Shown here in pieces: positions 33,881-43,947 of a DNA stretch of 64,000 nucleotides. The stretch spans positions 11,529-75,528 of the forward strand of contig CAVIHT010000007.1 of the NCBI GenBank assembly GCA_963642795.1. The letters run 5' to 3'. Below the pieces are notes generated by a model that worked only from the letters and a program-made list of their open reading frames with translations, did not search any database and was not told the origin of the DNA. The position numbers were made by a program, and so were the translations under genes. The DNA comes from Bacteroidaceae bacterium (GTDB taxonomy: Bacteria > Bacteroidota > Bacteroidia > Bacteroidales > UBA932). The number at the start of each line of letters is the position of its first letter. Within the stretch, counting starts at the first letter, position 1.

Positions 33881-36800
33881 TTATTTGTCAAGAAACTTCA
33901 TGATGTCTTTAATCAAGTCTTCGATCTGGCTTTCCTCCGTGATCACCTCGATCGGGAAGCCGATGCAGACAGTCCTGTAGCCCTTTCCCTCGAAGCATGT
34001 TCCGGCTGAGATGTTCGTGTCGGAGTAGCGGAGGAAGGACTGTGCCTTGTCGCAGGACGGAATGATTCCGTCAGGGGTCTCTACGTTGTAGATTATCGGA
34101 TTGCGGTCTTTCCGGAAAGTGAACTTTCCCGAATCCGGCTTCAGGAGGGTATTGTTCCTCGGGCAGACCGTCGCATTGCGGCTGGCGTAGTTAGTCATCC
34201 ATCTGTAACCCAGAGTATTTTCCACAAAGGCCTTTGTCATGGCCGTGAAAGTGCTGTCTTTGTGTACGGGGTAGATCTCATCCCAGACGTCCGTACCGAT
34301 GTTCGCTCCGGAGACGAGTACGTGTCCTCCGCGATCAGTGTAGGAGGAAAGCGCTTTCTGGAGTGCGGCGGGGAAGACCTGATACCTGTCAGGTACCTGT
34401 CCGGTACCCACAACCGTGGTGATCTGTTTCCCGCAGATCAGGTCAACCGCCATGTCTTTTTCAGCCGATGATCTGTCATCGCAGAAGGCGGAGACACTGG
34501 CGGAATGGAACGCGTAGCCGGCGGCCATCAGGGCTTTACCGTGTATTCCACAGTAATCAAAAGTGTTTCCGGCGAAGACTTTTCCGGCCTCGTCGGTCCA
34601 GGTGGCTCCGAAGCCCGGATTGTCATCATCCATCCACGGAAGTTCGCGGCGGAACTGGTACTGTGGACCGATGAAATTGATCTCCCTGCAGTAAGGAACT
34701 CCGGCGTCAAGCTCGGCGTTGAATCCGGCATAGTCTTGAGAATCAAACCATGCCGGGGCGGAAACCCTTGTGAAGTTGTTGACGACCAGTACGCTCTTGC
34801 CGTTGCCGGCTTCAGGTGTGCCGACACTGAGGGTCTCGGAAGGGAAACTCTTTCCGCCTTCGTTGAAGGCAATGATGCGGTAGCTGTAGATGTGGCCCGG
34901 GACTATGGAAAGTTTGGCGGAAATCTCGTCTCCTGAGATTTTCACCTTGTCCAGAACCCTTCCGGAATCGAATGCTCCATTGTCCACACGGGTCTGGAGA
35001 ATATATCCGGTTGGCACAGCCGTGGCTTCAAGAGAATCCACAGTCGCTTTCCAGCTGAGACGAACCTTGCCTTCCTTTTCCAAAGATGTCGAGAAAGAAT
35101 TGACTGGCAGCGGCTGGACCGCGTAGGAGCACCCGTAGCGTGCGCTCAAGTATTTCAGCATTCCTTTGTAGATCGCCCTGCTGACAGTGAACCTGAATGA
35201 CGGATCAAGACCGAATTTCATGTCGGCGAAATTCTGATGCGACAGGAGTTCCAGAAGCATTGCCGGAACGGTCGCCGTGCGGGATTCGCTGTAGGAACGA
35301 TCCCAAAGGCCTCTGCGGCTCCAGTCCGGGTTGAATCCCTTGCGGATGTCATTGACGATCTCAGTTTGGACGAAATCGGCGTACATCCTCTGCTGGAGCC
35401 TGTCCTCGCCGTTGGCGAACTTGTCGCTCCCGTCGCACATAAGGGTGTAGATGGACAGGGTTCCGATGATGGAGTCATCCATCGTGGTACCTGCGTCCGT
35501 GTGGAAGGCGAACGAAAGGTCTATCGGAATATTCAGACCCTCCGCGTCAGGATTTGCCCTTGAGCCGCCGGACATCCAGCCGACCCATGCTCCACGGTTT
35601 CCGTAGTCGGAGGTGTAGTCATCCTCGTATTTGCTTAATATGGTGGAGTCAGCACCGGCCCACTGCATCCAATAGAAGGCTCCTTCAGTGAAAGAAGGCA
35701 TGCCTGAGGTTGTATATTCATTGACAGGCAGTTCTTTCCGGCCTCTTGCGATCTTTCCCATTCCGCCACCGAAGCGCACGGCGTCCGCCGTGATGATGGC
35801 GTTTCTGGCGACATTGTAGCCTTCCGGCACTTTGTTGTCAAGGATGACGCACCCGTCGAGACCTTTGTCGAACTCGAATGTGCCAAGGTATATCCATGTG
35901 CCTCCGCCCATTTTCTGATTGACGATGAATTCGCTTTCGCCGCTGAGATGCCTGACTGTGTAGTGGGCGCACGGAGAACTGTTTGGAAGGGTCTTGTAAG
36001 AAATGTAAACTGAATATTCCCCACGCTCGGGGATGTCCGGTGTCCAACGCGCCTCGGCCGCCTTGTCCTTCCTGTGTTCGGCGCATTCGGCCTGGCGGGC
36101 GGTGCCCATCAGGAACGGGTTCTCGATTCCAGAATATGTCGCCTTGGCATCGGCAAATCCAACTCCGGCATCCGACCAAGTCCCTGTTTCTGAATATCTT
36201 CCTTCGATTCTTACCGATTCGCCTCTGCCTTCCTCGAAAGCCGGGTCATTATCGGCGACCACCTCGCAGGTCTGCGGATCTCTCTCGCGAGGAGTCATGA
36301 CGTAGGCTCCGGCGTTCTCAAGCATCGGAATAAGGAACGGGAGGACATAGCTCTGTGTGTACATGTCCTCGACCGTCTGGAACACCGGGGCGCGCTGCCA
36401 TTCCCAGCGGTCGGTCTTCTCCTCGAAATACCTTCCGTGGCTCTGCCACAGGGCGATGTTACGCCCCGTAAGCCCTTTCTCAAAGTCTTGCTCATCTACC
36501 CTTGTGACGAACGGGTGGACATTGCGCAAGTCCTTTGTCCTGAATTTGTTGTCTATCGGTTTTCCATCGCCGCCAACTTCCGGCATGACGTATGACTCAA
36601 GCTTGTTCTTTCCAACGAACAGATTCCCGATGTGATAGTCGGAGCACGACTGAGGCATCAAGTCTTTCAGCGTTTCCCTCAGCCATTTGACATCCTCCGC
36701 TCTCCATGGAAAATCACCCATCGCCGGGGTGAAATGGAAATCCAGTCCGTATCCTCTTCTGACAACCTTTGTGGCTTTCACTTGACAGGCCACCTTTGTT

Positions 36801-36922
36801 CTTTCAGGAAGCCATGCCTGAAGTGAATCTACCGCATCCTTGAAGTCTTTGACAGACTGTGCATCCATGCCGGCGGAAAAGGCGGCTGCGAGCGAGACGA
36901 CAGTTAAGAATCTTTTGAACAT
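33881..36922 (-). CDS. large secreted protein with golvesin/Xly-CBD-like and Fn3-like domains and an amidase-like core (often annotated 'xanthan lyase' or amidase family)
   Basis: It has a signal peptide. ARWTPDIPERGEYSVYISYKTLPNSSPCAHYTVRHLSGESEFIVNQKMGGGTWIYLGTFEF matches my recollection of the golvesin C-terminal-like carbohydrate-binding domain. The Fn3-like segment is VRLSWKATVDS...YSYRIIAFNEGGKS. It is clearly coding; the function is uncertain. Confidence 0.55.
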   Translation of the reverse strand: MFKRFLTVVSLAAAFSAGMDAQSVKDFKDAVDSLQAWLPERTKVACQVKATKVVRRGYGLDFHFTPAMGDFPWRAEDVKWLRETLKDLMPQSCSDYHIGNLFVGKNKLESYVMPEVGGDGKPIDNKFRTKDLRNVHPFVTRVDEQDFEKGLTGRNIALWQSHGRYFEEKTDRWEWQRAPVFQTVEDMYTQSYVLPFLIPMLENAGAYVMTPRERDPQTCEVVADNDPAFEEGRGESVRIEGRYSETGTWSDAGVGFADAKATYSGIENPFLMGTARQAECAEHRKDKAAEARWTPDIPERGEYSVYISYKTLPNSSPCAHYTVRHLSGESEFIVNQKMGGGTWIYLGTFEFDKGLDGCVILDNKVPEGYNVARNAIITADAVRFGGGMGKIARGRKELPVNEYTTSGMPSFTEGAFYWMQWAGADSTILSKYEDDYTSDYGNRGAWVGWMSGGSRANPDAEGLNIPIDLSFAFHTDAGTTMDDSIIGTLSIYTLMCDGSDKFANGEDRLQQRMYADFVQTEIVNDIRKGFNPDWSRRGLWDRSYSESRTATVPAMLLELLSHQNFADMKFGLDPSFRFTVSRAIYKGMLKYLSARYGCSYAVQPLPVNSFSTSLEKEGKVRLSWKATVDSLEATAVPTGYILQTRVDNGAFDSGRVLDKVKISGDEISAKLSIVPGHIYSYRIIAFNEGGKSFPSETLSVGTPEAGNGKSVLVVNNFTRVSAPAWFDSQDYAGFNAELDAGVPYCREINFIGPQYQFRRELPWMDDDNPGFGATWTDEAGKVFAGNTFDYCGIHGKALMAAGYAFHSASVSAFCDDRSSAEKDMAVDLICGKQITTVVGTGQVPDRYQVFPAALQKALSSYTDRGGHVLVSGANIGTDVWDEIYPVHKDSTFTAMTKAFVENTLGYRWMTNYASRNATVCPRNNTLLKPDSGKFTFRKDRNPIIYNVETPDGIIPSCDKAQSFLRYSDTNISAGTCFEGKGYRTVCIGFPIEVITEESQIEDLIKDIMKFLDK

Positions 36923-37335
36923 GTCTGTTTATTGTGTTTTTTTATTATGTGCAGGTCAATGAACATAACCATGATGGAGGAGACCGCAAGGGCGGTCGCG
37001 TCTGCCGCGAAGTCGAGGATGTCGCCGCTTCTGTAGTCTGTGAAGGACTGCCCGATCTCGGTCGCGGCGGCGATCATGCAGCCGGTCGTGAAGACGCAGC
37101 CTACAACGAGCATTGTGTGCAACGGCTTTTGTGTCCGTCCTGTGAACGTCAGGAAGCACAGTATCGGGAACGGGAAGAACATAAGGAAATGCACGATCTT
37201 GTCCGTCGGTATTCCGAACAGTGTGTCATTTCCCATCTCCGGCAATTCGCTGAAATGTCCGAAGCAGCAGTAGGCCACGGCCCCCAGATAGATGAGGAAC
37301 AAAGACAGTGTAAGAAGATTCCTTTTCTTCATCAT
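36904..37335 (-). CDS. VanZ family membrane protein
   Basis: 143 aa with 4 TM segments and the motif DKIVHFLMFFPF. It overlaps the downstream gene by 19 nt. Confidence 0.7.
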   Translation of the reverse strand: MMKKRNLLTLSLFLIYLGAVAYCCFGHFSELPEMGNDTLFGIPTDKIVHFLMFFPFPILCFLTFTGRTQKPLHTMLVVGCVFTTGCMIAAATEIGQSFTDYRSGDILDFAADATALAVSSIMVMFIDLHIIKKHNKQTCSKDS

Positions 37336-37343
37336 GGCTCGCC

Positions 37344-38003
37344 TTATCTTAGAATTATCTCGCCGAAGAATTCCGGCCTGTGGAAGTCCGGCTTAGGTGT
37401 CTTGATCGGATTCCAGCTCAGGTAGTGAGGATGCTCCGTGAGGTCTCCGCATTTGTAGAAATTGCCCCTCAGGCTGACCGGAAGGTTGTCCCTGTCCAAT
37501 CCCATCAGCTCGAACGGAATCAGCATGGCCACTGTCCAGCTGAAGATTCGGTCCTTTACCGTGACCTCTTTCCTGTCGAGGGAGCTGTGCCTTGTCACGC
37601 TTGCCAGAAGCGCTGGCGAAAGCATTGTCTTGTTGATCCTGCTGGTACGTTTTGAAGCCAACAGCGAACCGATGCATGTCAGTTCGAAGTTGTAGTAGGT
37701 TCCGTCGTACGGATCCGTCACGAAAAACTCGCAGCAGCTGTCTTCCCAACTGTGTCCGTTGTCTTCCATGACCGTGGCGCGGAGGTCAAGTCCTCTGACA
37801 TGGAAAATCACCGCCAGGTGGGTATGCGTCCGGGCGATCGAACCGTTGCAGTCCGGGGCGTAAGGCGCATCCTTCGGCCAGTTCCGCTCGCAGACCGCGA
37901 ATTTTGAAGCCCCCTTTTCCATCGCAAGGTCAAGCTCCTGCAAGTCCATCGTTTCAAGTCCCTCGATAAGGGGAACCCTGATCTGTCTGACAACGTTTTT
38001 CAT
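37344..38003 (-). CDS. carbohydrate-binding family 9-like (DOMON-like) protein
   Basis: The pattern THLAVIFHVRGLDLRATVMEDNGHSWEDSCCEFFVTDPYDGTYYNFELTCIG resembles CBM9-like domain proteins. The assignment is from memory. Confidence 0.5.
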   Translation of the reverse strand: MKNVVRQIRVPLIEGLETMDLQELDLAMEKGASKFAVCERNWPKDAPYAPDCNGSIARTHTHLAVIFHVRGLDLRATVMEDNGHSWEDSCCEFFVTDPYDGTYYNFELTCIGSLLASKRTSRINKTMLSPALLASVTRHSSLDRKEVTVKDRIFSWTVAMLIPFELMGLDRDNLPVSLRGNFYKCGDLTEHPHYLSWNPIKTPKPDFHRPEFFGEIILR

Positions 38004-38030
38004 GATGATCCGTGAATATATTCATGAAGG

Positions 38031-39881
38031 CTAAAGCGCCTGCATGTCGTTTAGTTTCCTGTAGTAGCCGTTCAACTCCAACAGTTGTTCGTGTCTGCCC
38101 CTTTCCACGATGCGCCCCTCGTCCATGACGATGATCTCGTCGGCGTTGCGAATTGTCGAGAGCCGGTGGGCGATGGCGATTGTGGTTCTGGTGGACATCA
38201 GCCTGTCCAGAGCCTCCTGCACGATCTTCTCGGACTCTGTGTCGAGCGATGCCGTGGCCTCGTCCAGAATCAGGATAGGAGGGTTCTTCAGGATCGCCCT
38301 TGCGATGCTGATCCTCTGTCTCTGTCCGCCGGAAAGCTTGATGCCGCGGTCTCCGATGTTGAAATTGTAGCCGCCGTCTTTCTCCATGATGAAGTCATGG
38401 GCGTTGGCGATTTTCGCCGCCTCGATCACACTCTCCATCGTGGCGTTCTCCACACCGAAGGCTATGTTGTTGAAAATGGTGTCGTTAAACAAGATGGATT
38501 CCTGATTGACATTGCCGATGAGGCTTCTGAGGTCTGCGATTCTCACATCCTTGATGTCGGTTCCGTCGATCGTGATCGCCCCCCCGGTCGGATCGTAGAA
38601 TCTCGGGATGAGATCCACAAGAGTTGATTTTCCCGCTCCTGAAGCTCCGACGATGGCGATGGTCTTGCCTTTAGGAATCTCAAGGCTCACATCGTCAAGG
38701 ATCATCCTATGCCCGTCCGGATAGCGGAAGTTCACATGGTTGAAAGACAGATTGCCGTTGAACCCTTTCAGTTCTTTTGGCTGATTGGATTCGACGATGT
38801 TGTTCTCCGCGTCCAGAATCTTGTTGATCCTCTCCATAGAGGCCATTCCCTTCGGAATAGCGTACCCCGCTTTGGAGAAATCCTTGATAGGGTTGATGAT
38901 GCTGTAGAGAATCACCATATAATAAATGAATATGGGCGCGTCGATGGTCGCTTTGCCTCCAAGGATCAGCGTTCCGCCGAACCACAGCACTATCATGATC
39001 AGAACTGTTCCGAGAAACTCGCTCATGGGGTGGGCGAGAGACTGGCGGATGGTCACGCGGTTGTTCTTCCTGCGCATCGCCTCGGTGACGTTGTCGAACC
39101 GCTCGGACATCTTCTTCTCGGCGATGAACGCCTTGATGATGCGAAGACCTCCGAGAGTCTCCTCCACCTGCGCCATCACATCGCTCCAAAGCTGCTGGAC
39201 CTCAAGGGATTTTTTCTTCAGGTTCTTGCCCACGACACCCATCACCCACATCATCACCGGGGCGAACAGAATCGTGAAAGCCGTCATCTGCCAGCTGATC
39301 ACCAGCAAGGCGGCGAAATAGAAGATGATGAGGATCGGGTTCTTGATCAGCATTTCGATGGAGCCGGTTATCGAGTTCTCGACCTCCTGCACGTCACCGC
39401 TCATCCTGGCGATGATGTCGCCTTTCTTCTCCTCGGAGAAAAATCCCAGCGGAAGAGCCAGAATCTTGTTGTAGATGTCCATCCTGATGTTCTTGACGAC
39501 ACCCGTGCGGATCGGCACCATCACCGCTGACGCGCCGAAGTAGCAGGCGGTCTTCAAGGCGGTCATCGCGACCAGGAATATGCACAGGTACAGCAGCACG
39601 GCGGAAGGTCCCACCGACGCGATCTGCTGCTCCAGCATCCAATAGACATTCGCCATGAACGCGTCCCCGAGATCCTTGAAAGGCATGCTCCACACCTCGT
39701 CCCAAGGGGTGAAGGAATATACCGTCTCGTTGATCTTGAACAGGATGCGCAGGATAGGCACGATGATCGCGAACGAGAAGATGTTGAACACCGCCGACAG
39801 GATGTTCAGGACGATCGAGCCGGCGAGGTATTTCTTGAAAGGCGCGACATAGCGCTTTATCATTGACCAGAATTCTTTCAT
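38031..39881 (-). CDS. ABC transporter permease/ATP-binding fusion protein (MsbA-like exporter)
   Basis: It has Walker A (GASGAGKST), the ABC signature (LSGGQRQR) and Walker B (ILILDEATS). The ATG at 39881 (MKEFWSMIKRYV) lies 2 nt after the upstream stop, and the track extension overlaps the M28 gene. Confidence 0.9.
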   Translation of the reverse strand: MKEFWSMIKRYVAPFKKYLAGSIVLNILSAVFNIFSFAIIVPILRILFKINETVYSFTPWDEVWSMPFKDLGDAFMANVYWMLEQQIASVGPSAVLLYLCIFLVAMTALKTACYFGASAVMVPIRTGVVKNIRMDIYNKILALPLGFFSEEKKGDIIARMSGDVQEVENSITGSIEMLIKNPILIIFYFAALLVISWQMTAFTILFAPVMMWVMGVVGKNLKKKSLEVQQLWSDVMAQVEETLGGLRIIKAFIAEKKMSERFDNVTEAMRRKNNRVTIRQSLAHPMSEFLGTVLIMIVLWFGGTLILGGKATIDAPIFIYYMVILYSIINPIKDFSKAGYAIPKGMASMERINKILDAENNIVESNQPKELKGFNGNLSFNHVNFRYPDGHRMILDDVSLEIPKGKTIAIVGASGAGKSTLVDLIPRFYDPTGGAITIDGTDIKDVRIADLRSLIGNVNQESILFNDTIFNNIAFGVENATMESVIEAAKIANAHDFIMEKDGGYNFNIGDRGIKLSGGQRQRISIARAILKNPPILILDEATASLDTESEKIVQEALDRLMSTRTTIAIAHRLSTIRNADEIIVMDEGRIVERGRHEQLLELNGYYRKLNDMQAL

Positions 39882-39883
39882 TG

Positions 39884-40888
39884 TCAGAGTATTTTTTCCA
39901 ACCAGTGGAAGATCAGGAATATTCTTTTGCGTAGTATTTCGTAGTCCAGAGTGTCCGCCGTGTCTCCTGTCTTGTTCGTCAGCATCGTGATGCCGGAGGT
40001 GAAGACAACGCATGTCAGACCGTTCTGCGAGAAGACCTTCTGGTCTCCGAAGCGGCTGTGGAACATCTCCGTGAAGCTTTTGCTTCCGTAGTAGCTTGTG
40101 GCGATGTCCAGTCCGAGCCCCCTGCCTTCATTCGCCCTTGTGAGGTCGAAAGTGTACTGTCCGCCGCTGAGCATGATCAGGAAATCGCTTCTGCCTTTGT
40201 GCAGCGGAGCCAGGGTGCTGCCCATAATGTCCAGCACGACCGCGGAGTGTATCTTGTCCATCGTGATTGTTTCCCCGTTCACGGGATCCTTGAGCTTTCC
40301 ATGCCTGATGTCCTTAAGCAGGGCTTCGGCTCCCGCCGAGTTCCTTTCCTTCGCGTCCGTGGCCACGAAGATGATGTTCTTTCCGTAGGAGCGTCCCAGT
40401 TGCTTCATCTTTTGGAACATCTCCGCGAGGCTCAGCATGGCGACAACGCCGGAAGCGTTGCTGTCCGCCCCGGGGTAGAGATTCCCGTCGATGACTCCAT
40501 GACTGTCGTAGTGGGCGCAGACGATGGTGTACATCTCCCTGATCTTATCCCTTTTGCCGGGCAGGAAACCGATGATGTTACGCCCGACGAGACTGTCAAC
40601 CTTGAAGGAACGGCTCCATGCGCCATCGAATGGGAGCAACCCTGCGTCCTCGTAACGCCTTGAAAGCCAAAAAGCGACCTCAACGGCACCTCGCGAGCCT
40701 GTCGCACGTCCCCCGAATGTGGAGTCGGTGAGGAACTCGGCCCGCATCCGAAGGTTTTCGGACGAGACCACCTTCTCGGCGTTGGTTCCGGAAGGGATCA
40801 TTTTCACGGTCGCTTGCTGTGCGTGAAGCTCTCCGGCGGCTGCCGAGATGAGAATGAGTATGAAAATTTTACTTAAAATCGTCTTCAA
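39884..40888 (-). CDS. M28 family metallopeptidase, secreted
   Basis: It has VCAHYDSHG and GADSNASGVVAMLSLAE. No in-frame ATG precedes the signal peptide. The TTG at 40886-40888 gives (M)KTILSKIFILILISAAAGELHA. The track TTG at 40921 lies inside the predicted -7 box. Confidence 0.75.
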   Translation of the reverse strand: MKTILSKIFILILISAAAGELHAQQATVKMIPSGTNAEKVVSSENLRMRAEFLTDSTFGGRATGSRGAVEVAFWLSRRYEDAGLLPFDGAWSRSFKVDSLVGRNIIGFLPGKRDKIREMYTIVCAHYDSHGVIDGNLYPGADSNASGVVAMLSLAEMFQKMKQLGRSYGKNIIFVATDAKERNSAGAEALLKDIRHGKLKDPVNGETITMDKIHSAVVLDIMGSTLAPLHKGRSDFLIMLSGGQYTFDLTRANEGRGLGLDIATSYYGSKSFTEMFHSRFGDQKVFSQNGLTCVVFTSGITMLTNKTGDTADTLDYEILRKRIFLIFHWLEKIL

Positions 40889-40903
40889 GGCACGATAAAT
40901 GTT

Positions 40904-40911
40904 TATCTTTG
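40904..40911 (+). promoter_or_regulatory. -7 promoter box TATCTTTG upstream of the TPR gene
   Basis: Exact TAnnTTTG match, 100 nt upstream of the ATG at 41011. Confidence 0.4.
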
Positions 40912-40918
40912 CAAACGA

Positions 40919-40926
40919 CAAAATTA
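40919..40926 (-). promoter_or_regulatory. -7 promoter box TAATTTTG upstream of the M28/MsbA operon
   Basis: Exact TAnnTTTG match on the minus strand, about 30 nt upstream of the TTG at 40888. Confidence 0.4.
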
Positions 40927-41010
40927 GGAATTTTAGGAATGTGAAAAAAATAAATCACTTCAGATTTAAGGATTATTTTTGAAATTCCATAAGCCTCAAA
41001 ATATTTCATT

Positions 41011-43041
41011 ATGAAAAGGTCTGTGCTGACTCTGTTTATCCTGCTGTGCTCCGCTTTGGTCTCCAACGCGCAGTACGACAAGGACGTGTTCAATTTCAGA
41101 GGCCGCGCGGCCCTGTCGGAGGGGAAGTATTCGGAAGCCATCAGACACTTCAACGTGCTTGCCCGTCTGGACACGACGGACTGCTGGACTTTCTTCTACA
41201 GGGGGATCGCCAAGTACAACCTCGGTGACCTGCGGGGTGCGCAGGCCGACTTCAACACCTCTGTGCGTCTCAATCCGGTCTTCACCAACGGCTACCATTT
41301 CAGGGCGATAACCCTAAGCCGTTTCGGGAAGTATGACGAGGCTCTTAAGGATCTTGAAAAGGCGATGGAGCTTAGACCCGGCCTTAACGGACTCTATTTC
41401 AGCCGTGGCGTCACCTATTTTCTCGCCCGGCAGTTCGACAAAGCTGTGGAGGATTTTGACCGCTACATAAGAAAGGAACCCAAAGACCCTTCCGCCTATC
41501 TGAACAGGGGAGCGTCATACCTTTTCCTTAATGACACGACGAAGGCTTTGGAGGACTACAACAAGGCCATCAAGCTGGACCGTTTCGATCCCGAAGGCTA
41601 CATCCGCCGAGGACGGGTCTATGCCTTGAGAAGGGACTACAAGGACGCCATCTCAGACATGGACAAGGCGATCAGCCTTGACACGGCCAACACTTTCGCC
41701 TATTTCAACAGGGCTCTGATGTACTACGACCAGAACAACTACAACGCCGCCATGAGTGACCTGAACAGGGTGTTGAGGGACGAGCCCGGCAATGCTCTTA
41801 CACTTTACAACCGAAGCCTGATCAACGCTCAGGTCGGGAATATGGAAGATGCGCTGGAGGACATGGATCACGTCATCAACATCAATCCGGAGAACGTTCT
41901 GGCGTACTACAACCGTGCCTCGTACTTTGTCCGGATGGGACGCTGGTTGGATGCCCTTGACGACTACGACAAGGCCATCGAACTCTACCCGGATTTCGCG
42001 AAGGCCTACTTGAACCGGTCCTACGTCAAGAACATGCTCGGGCGGACCAAGTCCTCCAAGCAGGACTACGACACCGCACAGAAGAAAGTCCAGGAGTACC
42101 GCGCGAAAAACGCCACTGACGAGGGGTCTTTCGCTGACACGACCAAGAAGTACAGTTCCTTGATAGCCTTGGACGCCGATTTCGCCAAGAAGGATTTCGA
42201 CAACGAGCTTCTGCAGAACAGGGACATCAACATCCGTCTGAAATCGCTTTACAAGTTCAGTCTTGCGGCTCGGCGAGACAACAGGAACATGGCCCTTCGT
42301 CACCGTTACGAGAATCCTCTGATCGACAAGTTCATATCTGACTCACCGGTAACGTTGATTGTCTCCAATTCCGATTCTCTGGCCAAGCCGGTCTTCGCGC
42401 ATGGTATCGACGCTTCGATCTACGGCGATTCCTATCTGTCCGCCGGGAATCCGAATTCCCTCACGGATGCGGACAGGGCTTTCATCAAAGGACTGTATTC
42501 GGTACAGTCCAAACAGTATACCACGGCTCTTAATCAGTTTGATGCGGCCGTCAACGCCGCGGGGCAGGGGAAATATTCAGAGTACTACAAGGCGTTCTAC
42601 TACCTGAACAGGGGAGTGCTCCGCGCCGAGATGATCGATTTCATCTCCTCCATAGAGAACAACGTCCAGACCCTTACCATGGATGACAAGGGTACGACAA
42701 GAGCCCGTGTGCGTGATCAAGTAAGCAGGACTTATGACTATTCGGAGGCCATCGAGGACATGCTGGCCGCCGACAGGATCCTTCCGGGAGTCCCTTATGT
42801 CTATTTCAACCTTGGCAATCTCTATTGTTTGTCATCCAAGTTCGTTGAGTCGGTTGACAGTTACACGAAGGCCATCAATGTATATCCTTACATGGGTGAC
42901 GCTTACTATAACCGAGGGCTTGTCCTGATCTATCTGAAAGACAGGGAGAAAGGTTGTATCGACCTCTCCCGCGCGGGAGAACTGGGTGTCGGGGATGCCT
43001 ACAGTGTGATTTCGAAATATTGCGAGGAGGAGAATAAGTGA
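41011..43041 (+). CDS. tetratricopeptide repeat (TPR) protein, secreted
   Basis: It has a signal peptide and many TPR units (e.g. AIRHFNVLARLDTTDCWTFFYRGIAKYNLGDLRGAQADF). Confidence 0.85.
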   Translation: MKRSVLTLFILLCSALVSNAQYDKDVFNFRGRAALSEGKYSEAIRHFNVLARLDTTDCWTFFYRGIAKYNLGDLRGAQADFNTSVRLNPVFTNGYHFRAITLSRFGKYDEALKDLEKAMELRPGLNGLYFSRGVTYFLARQFDKAVEDFDRYIRKEPKDPSAYLNRGASYLFLNDTTKALEDYNKAIKLDRFDPEGYIRRGRVYALRRDYKDAISDMDKAISLDTANTFAYFNRALMYYDQNNYNAAMSDLNRVLRDEPGNALTLYNRSLINAQVGNMEDALEDMDHVININPENVLAYYNRASYFVRMGRWLDALDDYDKAIELYPDFAKAYLNRSYVKNMLGRTKSSKQDYDTAQKKVQEYRAKNATDEGSFADTTKKYSSLIALDADFAKKDFDNELLQNRDINIRLKSLYKFSLAARRDNRNMALRHRYENPLIDKFISDSPVTLIVSNSDSLAKPVFAHGIDASIYGDSYLSAGNPNSLTDADRAFIKGLYSVQSKQYTTALNQFDAAVNAAGQGKYSEYYKAFYYLNRGVLRAEMIDFISSIENNVQTLTMDDKGTTRARVRDQVSRTYDYSEAIEDMLAADRILPGVPYVYFNLGNLYCLSSKFVESVDSYTKAINVYPYMGDAYYNRGLVLIYLKDREKGCIDLSRAGELGVGDAYSVISKYCEEENK

Positions 43042-43889
43042 TGCTTAAGTTCTTGAGTCTTTCCAGCGGCAGCAGCGGCAACTGCTATTTCCTTTCCGAC
43101 GGCAAATCCGGACTTCTCATCGATGCGGGAGTCAGCCAGCGGCGTTTGAAAAAGACGTTGATGGAGCATGGTCTTGACACCGATTCCTTTCAGGCTGTAC
43201 TTGTGACTCACGACCATCTGGACCACATCAGGCATCTTGGTTCCTATTGCAAGCATCTGAAAAAGCCGGTCTTTGCCACGTCCGTCCTTCACGATGCTCT
43301 GGCGAACCACACGTTCACGAGGGACTACATCGCTGATTTCAGACAGGTTCTGCCTGAAGGAAAGCCTTTGAGAATATGTCTGCGCGGTGGTGTTCCGGAT
43401 GATGAACTCCCTCTTGTCAGCCATTTTGTCGTGCCGCACGACGCCACCCAGACCGTAGGCTATTTCATAGAGTGGAACGGAGTGCGGTTCTTCCTGATGA
43501 CCGATGCCGGCAGGGTCACGGACGAGGCCATTGAATATGCCCGTAAGGCTGACGCTGTGGTCTTCGAGTCGAACTTCGATTCCGGAATGCTCATCGGTGG
43601 CCCTTACCCTCACGAACTTAAGATGCGAATATGTCAGGGCAACGGCCACCTGAGCAACGATGAGTGCGCTTCGGCAATCCGCCGCTTCTGGCATCACGGT
43701 CTGAAGAATCTGTTCCTCTGTCACCTGAGTGAGAACAACAACACCCCGTCCCTAGCCTTCGATTCCGCCGCCGAAGCCCTCCGTTCAATCCGCATTGACG
43801 GGTCTCTTTCGGCCAAAGACATCACAAACCTCCAGACCCTTCCCCGCACCCACGCCTCTGCGATGTTCACCCTCTTTCCGGGCCTCTGA
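43041..43889 (+). CDS. MBL-fold metallo-hydrolase
   Basis: It has the HxHxDH motif (LVTHDHLDHI). Its ATG overlaps the TPR stop (TGATG). Confidence 0.8.
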   Translation: MLKFLSLSSGSSGNCYFLSDGKSGLLIDAGVSQRRLKKTLMEHGLDTDSFQAVLVTHDHLDHIRHLGSYCKHLKKPVFATSVLHDALANHTFTRDYIADFRQVLPEGKPLRICLRGGVPDDELPLVSHFVVPHDATQTVGYFIEWNGVRFFLMTDAGRVTDEAIEYARKADAVVFESNFDSGMLIGGPYPHELKMRICQGNGHLSNDECASAIRRFWHHGLKNLFLCHLSENNNTPSLAFDSAAEALRSIRIDGSLSAKDITNLQTLPRTHASAMFTLFPGL

Positions 43890-43947
43890 GAATCTGGCCC
43901 AGTGACGTGTGCGAATCGGTGTCTTGGCGCATGAAGGGGAAACTCTG

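Noticed and set aside
38031-40013. N-terminal extensions in the ORF track that start at TTG or GTG (also 5926, 2347, 12652, 13800, 24684, 31653, 43038, 49377, 50952, 53589, 59601, 59960)
   Set aside because: The extensions overlap upstream genes or promoter boxes and add non-homologous residues. Internal ATGs give canonical N-termini or signal peptides.
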